Assembly (NCBI RefSeq): GCF_046545655.1
Contig: NZ_JBKGZG010000001.1
Span: forward strand, 25,705-89,704
Reading direction: 5' to 3'
Length of the DNA: 64,000 nucleotides
Origin: Thiohalorhabdus sp.
Lineage (GTDB): Bacteria > Pseudomonadota > Gammaproteobacteria > Thiohalorhabdales > Thiohalorhabdaceae
This document shows, one piece after another, positions 57,397-64,000 of the stretch (the stretch's first letter is position 1; each line of letters opens with the position of its first letter). A program made the position numbers and the translations under genes. The notes below the pieces were generated by a model that worked only from the letters and a program-made list of their open reading frames with translations, had not been told where the DNA came from and did no database searches.

Positions 57397-58418
57397 GGCT
57401 GAGTGAGGCGCTCCCCCGCCGGGACCGGGGGCGCCGCGCGGTCCGGCTCGCCGCGCCCGTTTCGGATGGCGGTCATCTCCGCCAGGACGGAGACGGCGAT
57501 CTCCGGCGGGGTCCGGCTGCCGATGGGCAGGCCCATGGGTCCCCGCAGCCGCTCGACGGCGCCTGGATCCAGGCCCAGCTCCGCCAGCCGGGCCCGCCGC
57601 CGATCGTTGTTGGCCCGCGAGCCCAGGGCGCCCACATAGAAGGCGGGCGAGGCCAGGGCCTCCAGCAGGGCCAGGTCGTCCAGCTTGGGATCATGAGTGG
57701 CGGCCACCACCGCGGCGTGGGGGTCCGGGCGCCAGGCCGCCACGGCGTCGTCGGGCATGCGGGTGTCCAGGGCAACCCCGGGTCCGCTCCAGGCCTCGGC
57801 GTACTCCCGGCGGGGATCGCAGACCGTGACGGCGTAATCCAAGGCAAGGGCCATGTCGGCGAGATAGCCCGCCAGCTGGCCGGCGCCGATAACCATCAGA
57901 CGCCAGCGCGGGCCGAAGGCCTTGGTAACCTCCTCCGCCCCCGCCACCAGCGCCGCCTCCCCGTCCCGGTCCGGGTGCACCTCCACCTTGCCGGTCGCCC
58001 GGTGCACGGTCCGGCGGATGCGGGCACCGGCCGCCAGGGCGCCGCGCACTGCCTCCAGGGCGCCGTCACGGCCCGGCTCCAGGGGCTCCACCAGCAGCTC
58101 CAGCGTGCCGCCGCAGGGCAGACCGAAGCGGGCGGCCTCCTCGCGGCTCACCCCGTAGCGCAACGCGCCGGGGGCTTCGCCAGGCAGCCAGCCGGCCAGG
58201 GCCAGCTCCCGCAGGTCCTCCTCCACGCAGCCGCCCGAGACCGAGCCCTCCATGCGCCCGTCCTCCCGGAGGGCCAGGAGGGAGCCGGGCGGCCGCGGCG
58301 AGGAGCCCCAGGTGGCGACCACCGTCACCAGGAACAGCCGGTGTCCGGATGCCAGCCAGCCGAGGGCGGCCTCGATGACGGCCTGATCCGTGCCGCGGGG
58401 CGCCTCGCCCGGACCCAT
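57393..58418 (-). CDS. xdhC: XdhC/CoxI-family molybdoenzyme maturation protein
   Basis: Contains LVTVVATWGSSPRPPGSLLALREDGRMEGSVSGGCVE, followed by a Rossmann-like segment (LMVIGAGQLA). Confidence 0.85.
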   Translation of the reverse strand: MGPGEAPRGTDQAVIEAALGWLASGHRLFLVTVVATWGSSPRPPGSLLALREDGRMEGSVSGGCVEEDLRELALAGWLPGEAPGALRYGVSREEAARFGLPCGGTLELLVEPLEPGRDGALEAVRGALAAGARIRRTVHRATGKVEVHPDRDGEAALVAGAEEVTKAFGPRWRLMVIGAGQLAGYLADMALALDYAVTVCDPRREYAEAWSGPGVALDTRMPDDAVAAWRPDPHAAVVAATHDPKLDDLALLEALASPAFYVGALGSRANNDRRRARLAELGLDPGAVERLRGPMGLPIGSRTPPEIAVSVLAEMTAIRNGRGEPDRAAPPVPAGERLTQP

Positions 58419-58428
58419 GCGGACCCCC

Positions 58429-60597
58429 TCAGGCCGGCCGGAAGCCCGCGCGGGACAGGGGCAGGCGGCGCACCGGCTCGCCCGTCACGGCGAAGACGGC
58501 GTTGGCCACCGCGGGGGCGATGGGAGGCGTCCCCGGCTCGCCCACCCCGCCCGGTTCCTCGTCGCTGTCCACGATGTGCACGTGGACCTCGGGCATCTGG
58601 TTCATGGTGAGGATGGGATAGCTGTCGAAGTTGGCCTGCTCCACCTGGCCGCGATCCACGGTGATGGCCTCGTGGAGGGCCGCGGAAAGCCCGTAGACCA
58701 CCCCGCTCTCCATCTGCTCGGTGATGATCTCCGGATTGACCGTCTGGCCGCAGTCGATGGCCACGTCCACGCGGTGTACCCGCACCTCCCGGTTGTCGTC
58801 CACCGAGACCTCGGCCACCTCGGCGCAGTAGCTGCCGAAGGAGTGCACCACGGCGATACCGCGGGCGCGGCCCTCCGGGAGCTCACCGCCCCAGCCGGCC
58901 TGCTCGGCGGCGCGCTCCAGGACGCCGAGGTGCCGGGGCTGGTCCTGCAGGAGCCGGCGGCGCAGCTCGTAGGGGTCCTCCCCCGCCGCGGCGGCCACCT
59001 CGTCGAAGAAGGCCTCGCGGATGAAGCCGTTCTGGGAGGCGCCCACGGAGCGCCACCACCACAGCGGCACCGGCGTGTTGGACATGGCGTAGTCCACGTG
59101 GATGCTGGACACCGCGTAGGGCACCTCCTTGGCCACCTCCACCGAGGAGGAGTCCACCCGCTGGCCCTCCTCGAGCATGTCGTTGTAGGCCATGATGGAG
59201 GGCCCGGCGATGCGGTGGCGCCAGCCGGTGACCTCCCCCGAGCCGTCAACGGCCGCGGCGAGGCGGTTGTAGGTGGCCGGGCGGTAGCGGTCGTGACGGG
59301 TGGTGTCCTCCCGGGTCCAGACCACCTTCACCGGGGCGCCGGCCTTTTTGGCCGTCTCCACCGCGTCCGCCACGAAGTCGGTGTGGGAGCGCCGCCCGAA
59401 GCCGCCGCCCAGGAAGGTGGTGTGCACGTGGACGTTCTCCGGGTCCAGCCCGCTGATCTCCGCCGCCACCTCCTGGGTGGAGGTCTGGTCCTGGGTGGGC
59501 GCCCACACCTCGCAGACGCCGTCGGCGATGCGTGCCGTGCAGTTCATGGGCTCCATGCAGACGTGGGCCAGAAAGGGCACCTCGTACTCGGCCTCCAGGG
59601 TCTGCGCCCCCTCCTGAAGGGCCTGCTCGATGTCCCCGTCCTCGCGAACAGCGGCGGCCTCCCCGGAGTCCGCGGCCTCGCGGAACTGCCGCGCGATCTG
59701 GGCCGAGGTCAGCCCGGCGTGCTCCCCGTAGTCCCATTCCACCCGCAGGGCCTCCCGGCCCTTCTGGGCAGCCCAGAACCCCTCCGCCACCACGGCCACC
59801 CCAGCCTCGATCTCGAAGACGTCCTTCACCCCGGAAACCCGCTTGGCCGCCTCGCCGTGGACGCGGGCCGGGCGTCCGCCGATTACCGGGCAGCGCACCA
59901 CCTGCGCCGTGAGCAAGCCGGGGAGCTGGACGTCCATGCCGAAGGTGGCGGAACCGTCCACCTTGGCGGCGCGGTCCAGCCGGTCCCGGGGCTTGCCGAG
60001 GAGGCGGAACTCCGTGGGCTCCTTGAGGAGGACCGCCTCGGGGACCTCCTGGCGGGCCGCTACGGCGGCCAGGTCGCCGTAGGTGGCCTCTCGCCCGCTC
60101 TCCGGGTGGCGCACCACCTGGTTGGCCGCCTCCAGGGAGTCGGGGTCCACGTCCCATTCCTCGGCGGCCGCGGCCACCAGCATCTCGCGGGCGGCAGCGC
60201 CCGCTTCCCGCAGGGGACGCCAGGCGGCGCGCACGGCGGTGCTGCCGCCCGTGGCCTGGCGCCCCAGCAGGGCGTTGGTATAGGCCTCGTCGGCCGGGGC
60301 GAATTCGGTATGGATACGCTCCCAGTCCGCCTCCAGGTCCTCGGCGACGAGCATGGGGATGGCGGTCATCACCCCCTGCCCCATCTCCGAGCGGTCCACG
60401 AGGACGGTGACCCGGTCGTCCCTGCCGATGCGGACCCAGGCGTTGGGCTCGAAGGCTGCCTGTCCGGAGGTGGCATCCTCGGCCTGGGCGTAACGCCCGC
60501 CGGTGGGCAGGCGGAAGCCCAGCACCAGCCCACCCCCCACGGCGGCGCTGGCCTTCAGGAAGGAACGGCGCGAGGTCTTCACGGGGCTCCCGGTCAT
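58429..60597 (-). CDS. Molybdopterin-binding large subunit of an IorB-type (xanthine dehydrogenase family) hydroxylase, Tat-exported
   Basis: The start [24 protein letters not shown] is a twin-arginine signal. ATG 60595-60597 overlaps the small-subunit stop. The ORF-track extension to 60936 is an artefact. Confidence 0.9.
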   Translation of the reverse strand: MTGSPVKTSRRSFLKASAAVGGGLVLGFRLPTGGRYAQAEDATSGQAAFEPNAWVRIGRDDRVTVLVDRSEMGQGVMTAIPMLVAEDLEADWERIHTEFAPADEAYTNALLGRQATGGSTAVRAAWRPLREAGAAAREMLVAAAAEEWDVDPDSLEAANQVVRHPESGREATYGDLAAVAARQEVPEAVLLKEPTEFRLLGKPRDRLDRAAKVDGSATFGMDVQLPGLLTAQVVRCPVIGGRPARVHGEAAKRVSGVKDVFEIEAGVAVVAEGFWAAQKGREALRVEWDYGEHAGLTSAQIARQFREAADSGEAAAVREDGDIEQALQEGAQTLEAEYEVPFLAHVCMEPMNCTARIADGVCEVWAPTQDQTSTQEVAAEISGLDPENVHVHTTFLGGGFGRRSHTDFVADAVETAKKAGAPVKVVWTREDTTRHDRYRPATYNRLAAAVDGSGEVTGWRHRIAGPSIMAYNDMLEEGQRVDSSSVEVAKEVPYAVSSIHVDYAMSNTPVPLWWWRSVGASQNGFIREAFFDEVAAAAGEDPYELRRRLLQDQPRHLGVLERAAEQAGWGGELPEGRARGIAVVHSFGSYCAEVAEVSVDDNREVRVHRVDVAIDCGQTVNPEIITEQMESGVVYGLSAALHEAITVDRGQVEQANFDSYPILTMNQMPEVHVHIVDSDEEPGGVGEPGTPPIAPAVANAVFAVTGEPVRRLPLSRAGFRPA

Positions 60598-61067
60598 CAG
60601 CCCTGCTCCTGCATGTTCTTGGCGGCGGTACGGATGGCCCGGCGGACCCGCTGGTAGGTGCCGCAGCGGCAGAGGTTGCCCTGCATGGCAGCGTCGATCT
60701 CGGCATCGGAGGGATCGGGGCTGCGCTCCAGAAGCGCCGCCGCGCTCATGAGCTGGCCGCTCTGGCAGAACCCGCACTGGGGCACGTTGGCCTCCATCCA
60801 GGCGCGCTGCAGGGGATGGTCGCGGTTCTCGGACAGCCCTTCCACGGTGGTGACCTCCCGACTCCCCACCTCGCTCACGGGGGTCACACAGGCCCGCACC
60901 GGCTGGCCGTCCAGATGGACGGTGCAGGCCCCGCACTGGGCGATGCCGCAGCCGTATTTGGTCCCGGTCAGGGCCAGGTTGTCACGCAGCACCCAGAGCA
61001 GGGGCGTGTCGGAGGGGACGTCCACCTCGCGGGCCTCGCCGTTCACCTTGAGGGAAACCGCCGTCAT
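60597..61067 (-). CDS. (2Fe-2S)-binding small subunit of the Mo hydroxylase (IorA-like)
   Basis: 156 aa, with [11 protein letters not shown] and [10 protein letters not shown]...NLCRCGTY (two 2Fe-2S sites). Confidence 0.92.
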   Translation of the reverse strand: MTAVSLKVNGEAREVDVPSDTPLLWVLRDNLALTGTKYGCGIAQCGACTVHLDGQPVRACVTPVSEVGSREVTTVEGLSENRDHPLQRAWMEANVPQCGFCQSGQLMSAAALLERSPDPSDAEIDAAMQGNLCRCGTYQRVRRAIRTAAKNMQEQG

Positions 61068-61252
61068 GGATAGGGGCTCCTGTTGGGGCAGATAGGGGCT
61101 GACTCGGGAAGGGCTTTCCTCCTTGGTAAAGCATCCCGGCGGGCGTGTGCAAGGATTAACGGGGGAACGGGCGGCGGAGCGGGCCGGAGGGAGGGACGGG
61201 ACTAAACGGGCCGGGCCGCGGACGGGCGCTGGGGCGAAGCGATCGCGGGGGC

Positions 61253-62647
61253 TCAGTCCCGCTCCAGGACCTGCTCCCGGCCCTTGCCGTCCACGGTGAC
61301 CATCTGCACGGGCCGCCGCCAGACGCGCTGGATGTACTCCAGGACCTTCTGCGCCCGGTCCACGTCCAGGCCCTTGCCGTCCGTCTGGTGGTCGTGCTGC
61401 AGCAGGAGCCTGCCGTCGGTGCCCATCTCCGAGACGTACACCCGGGGCGCGCCGTAGTTGAACTTGGGATGGAGGATGGCCTCGCGCAGGGCATGGATGT
61501 CCCGGTCCTGGATGACGTACTGCTCTTCACCGCCCCGCCCGCGCCGGGTGGTGTAGGAGAACAGCTGCAGCTCCTCGGCCAGATCCTCGTCCAGCCAGTT
61601 GCGGACGAAGCTGAAGTCGTCCTCCTCCGCCCGCAGCTGCAGGGCCGTGTCCAGGCCGTGCTCGGCGATGATGCGCTCCCACATGTGGAAGCCCAGGTGG
61701 TACGGGTTCACGGACAGGGACACGGACTTCTCGCCGGCGTAGGGGCGCACCACGTCGGAGTGGGCCTTGATGGCGTCGAGATAGAGCTGTTGCGGCAGGA
61801 AGTCGGCCTCGCGCAGCAGGCGGGCGTGCCAGTAGGAGGCCCAGCCCTCGTTCATGATCTGGCAGGCGAACACCGGGTAGAAGTAGAAGGACTCCTCCCG
61901 CACCGACAGGAAGATGTCCTGCTCCCAGCCCTCCAGGTCCGGGGCGTAGTGGGCGATGAACCAGAGCAGGTCGTACTCCGGGCGCGGCGGGATCGGGGCC
62001 CGCACGGAGCCGCCGCCCCCTTCGGTGTCCAGCTCCCCCTCCTCGCCCGGCAGCCCGCCGAAGCGTCCCTGGAAGCCGCCCTTGCGCCTGGGCTCCTCCC
62101 CGCGCCGGCGCTCCATGCGGTCCGGGAAGCCGGCGCGATTGATGGGGAAGTTGATGTCGATGTTCTGCTCCAGGGCGAGCGCCGCGTCGAGCACCGCCTC
62201 CACCCGCTTCTGGCCGTACTCGTCGATGGCCTCGTCGATGCGGTGGGCGCGCTCGGCCGCCTGCTCCACGATGTGGTAGCCCACCTGGGACTGCATGCGG
62301 GCGAACAGCTCGTTGTTCTTGGAGAAATCGGCGTGCCCGAGCACGTGGGCGGTGACCAGGGTGTTCTCGGGCAGGGAGTTGTTGTTCACCAGGTAGGCCC
62401 GGTTGGGGTTGCCCGGGAACACCACCTCGAAGATGCGGGAGCCGCCCATGCGGTGCTGGATGTACTGGTAGATGTAGCGCACCCCAAAGGACCAGTGGGG
62501 CATGCGCACGGGCAGGCCGTACACCGCCACCTCCATCATGAACGACGGCGGCACCACCTCGAAGTCCACGGGGTAGAAGTCCAGGCCTTGGTCCCGGGCC
62601 AGGGCCTCCAGCTTGGGGGTGTATTCGACAAGTTCCGCGTTACTCAT
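61253..62647 (-). CDS. SpoVR/YcgB family protein
   Basis: [32 protein letters not shown]...[12 protein letters not shown]. Start at ATG 62645-62647; the GTG at 62671 in the ORF track is also possible. Confidence 0.9.
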   Translation of the reverse strand: MSNAELVEYTPKLEALARDQGLDFYPVDFEVVPPSFMMEVAVYGLPVRMPHWSFGVRYIYQYIQHRMGGSRIFEVVFPGNPNRAYLVNNNSLPENTLVTAHVLGHADFSKNNELFARMQSQVGYHIVEQAAERAHRIDEAIDEYGQKRVEAVLDAALALEQNIDINFPINRAGFPDRMERRRGEEPRRKGGFQGRFGGLPGEEGELDTEGGGGSVRAPIPPRPEYDLLWFIAHYAPDLEGWEQDIFLSVREESFYFYPVFACQIMNEGWASYWHARLLREADFLPQQLYLDAIKAHSDVVRPYAGEKSVSLSVNPYHLGFHMWERIIAEHGLDTALQLRAEEDDFSFVRNWLDEDLAEELQLFSYTTRRGRGGEEQYVIQDRDIHALREAILHPKFNYGAPRVYVSEMGTDGRLLLQHDHQTDGKGLDVDRAQKVLEYIQRVWRRPVQMVTVDGKGREQVLERD

Positions 62648-62761
62648 GGGACTCTTGGGACCGAATGGCACGTGTGTTTCCTCCTCGTCCCCGCCCGTGT
62701 CGGGCCTGGCGCCCCGGCGGTGCCGCCGCGCGGGTCGCCCGCCCCCGGTTCCCGGATCGGC

Positions 62762-63943
62762 TCAGGCCACCTCCTCGGCCTGATGGCGGAAGAACTCCCG
62801 GATGGCGTCCCAGATGTCCCCCTCTTCGTGGACGGTGTAGCTGCCCACCGGGTAGTCCCGCGCGCCCAGGGCCTTGAACAGGCGGCCCATCTCCGACTTC
62901 GAGGACTCCAGGGGGTTCTGGGGCGTCTCCACGAACCCCATGAAGTTCACCAGGCCGCCGAGCTCCGCCAGCAGGCCCTCGGCGCTGCGCCGGTCGTCCC
63001 CGAAGTTGTCGCCGTCGGAGGCGTAGAACAGGTACTGGTTGTACTGCCCCGGGTCGTAGCGGTCGGTGAAGATGTCCAGGGCCAGGCGGAAGCCGCTGGA
63101 GGCCACCGTGCCGCCGGTGGCCGACACCTGGAAGAACTCCTCCTCGGAGAACTCCCAGGCCTGGTTGGTGTGGGCGATGAACACCGCCTCCACGTCGCCG
63201 TACTGCCGGCGCAGGCCCTGCATGGCCCAGAAGAAGAAGGACTTGGCCAGTTTGCGCCGGGTCTCGTCCATGGAAGCGGAGACGTCCAGCAGGAAGCACA
63301 CCACGGCGTTGGTGGCGGGCCGCTTGCGCCGGGCGAGCTGGCGGAAGCGCAGGTCCTCGTTGGAGAAGGGCGTGGGCTCCTCCTGCACGGAGCGCCGCTT
63401 GATGGCCTCCTTCACCGTGCGCCGGCGGTCGAGGCGGGCCCGCGGCCCGCGCTTGTCCCAGCCCTCCTGGATCAGGTCCTCGTCGGTGAGGGCGTCGGTG
63501 GTTTTGGGCTGGAGGTCCGGCAGGGCCAGCTCCTCCCAGATCCAGTCGACGATGTCGTCCACCTTGAGCTCCAGGACGAAGCGCAGCTCGCCGCCGCCGC
63601 TGCCGCCCTCCGTGCCGCCCTCGCCCTCGTCGGGCTTGGCCCGGCGCAGGACGTCGCCGGGCTGCCCGTCGCCCTGGCCCGCCTGGGGCTCGCCGCCGTC
63701 CTGGTCGTCGCGCAGACGGAACCGGTAGTGCTCCAGGAAACGCACCGGCACCTGGACGGTCCGGTCGGAGGGCCGGGACAGCACGTCGGAGCCGGAGATC
63801 AGGTTGGGCAGCTCCTCCTTGACGGTCTCCCGCACCTTCTCGTTGTGCCGCAGCCAGTCCCGGGAGCCGCGGGAGAACAGGTCGTACCAGCGGTTCTCCA
63901 TGGCCATCCGGGAAGGGGCTCTGTATTCCGTGCGCTCGCTCAT
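62762..63943 (-). CDS. YeaH/YhbH (DUF444, vWA-like) family protein
   Basis: MSERTEYRAPSR...NRWYDLFSRGSRDWLRHNEKVRETV...CFLLDVSASMDE. ATG 63941-63943 follows GAGGAG. It lies upstream of spoVR, as in the prkA-yeaH-spoVR module. Confidence 0.9.
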   Translation of the reverse strand: MSERTEYRAPSRMAMENRWYDLFSRGSRDWLRHNEKVRETVKEELPNLISGSDVLSRPSDRTVQVPVRFLEHYRFRLRDDQDGGEPQAGQGDGQPGDVLRRAKPDEGEGGTEGGSGGGELRFVLELKVDDIVDWIWEELALPDLQPKTTDALTDEDLIQEGWDKRGPRARLDRRRTVKEAIKRRSVQEEPTPFSNEDLRFRQLARRKRPATNAVVCFLLDVSASMDETRRKLAKSFFFWAMQGLRRQYGDVEAVFIAHTNQAWEFSEEEFFQVSATGGTVASSGFRLALDIFTDRYDPGQYNQYLFYASDGDNFGDDRRSAEGLLAELGGLVNFMGFVETPQNPLESSKSEMGRLFKALGARDYPVGSYTVHEEGDIWDAIREFFRHQAEEVA

Positions 63944-64000
63944 GACTCTCCTCATGGTTTCCGCCCGGGCCGGACCGGCGGGCCGGCCATCCCGGGGGTT

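Noticed and set aside
60598-60936. N-terminal extensions offered by the ORF track: the Mo large subunit to 60936, sufB from 44383, the NSS transporter to 39150, carA to 26241, and tpiA, dnaJ, grpE, bamE, ugd, hemerythrin and yhbY
   Set aside because: The extensions overlap neighbouring genes or terminators and lack homology-like sequence. Internal starts with Shine-Dalgarno sequences reproduce the canonical N-termini.

Overview
This is a GC-rich chromosomal segment (roughly two-thirds G+C by eye, not computed) with gammaproteobacterial gene order. It is densely packed and mostly housekeeping. Layout: (1) 1-13958, minus strand: a complete 14-gene NADH:quinone oxidoreductase operon nuoA-N; nuoN runs off the window start and nuoC and nuoD are separate genes. 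(2) 14261-32439: secG, tpiA, glmM, folP, ftsH, rlmE (minus), yhbY (plus), then greA, carB, carA, dapB, dnaJ, dnaK, grpE, hrcA (minus). (3) 32635-40101: nadK, recN (+), fur (-), bamE (+), rnfH-ratA (-), an NSS-family Na+ symporter (-), smpB and the tmRNA gene ssrA (+, tag ADNEEFAVAA). The order grpE-nadK-recN-bamE-rnfH-ratA-smpB-ssrA matches E. coli, with hrcA, fur and the NSS transporter as extra genes. (4) 40143-44290: a small accessory-looking patch 3' of ssrA. It holds an unclassified ferritin-like ORF, a Pmp3/YqaE proteolipid, a decayed Zn-alcohol-dehydrogenase remnant, a hemerythrin, about 600 bp without a convincing gene, and an NMO-family flavoprotein behind an FNR-type box. (5) 44393-51457: an Rrf2-regulated suf operon (sufB-C-D-S-U, a DUF971-DUF59 fusion and a Rieske ferredoxin). 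It is followed by a second Rieske paralog, a class II photolyase and a DUF4389 protein. (6) 53761-64000: UDP-glucuronate 4-epimerase and ugd, an unknown membrane protein, an IorAB-type molybdenum hydroxylase with XdhC and MocA, then spoVR and yeaH; prkA is expected beyond the window end. I saw no CRISPR array, transposase, integrase, prophage, reverse transcriptase, restriction-modification genes or recognisable defence genes, and no tRNA or rRNA. I cannot point to a clear-cut novel system. The best candidates for undescribed biology are the ferritin-like ORF and its decayed surroundings next to ssrA, the Rieske2-class II photolyase-DUF4389 unit that sits directly behind a hairpin with no room for its own promoter, and the non-canonical suf operon extras. 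The many long ORFs antisense to real genes are artefacts of high GC. All family assignments rest on motifs read from the translations and have not been checked against databases.
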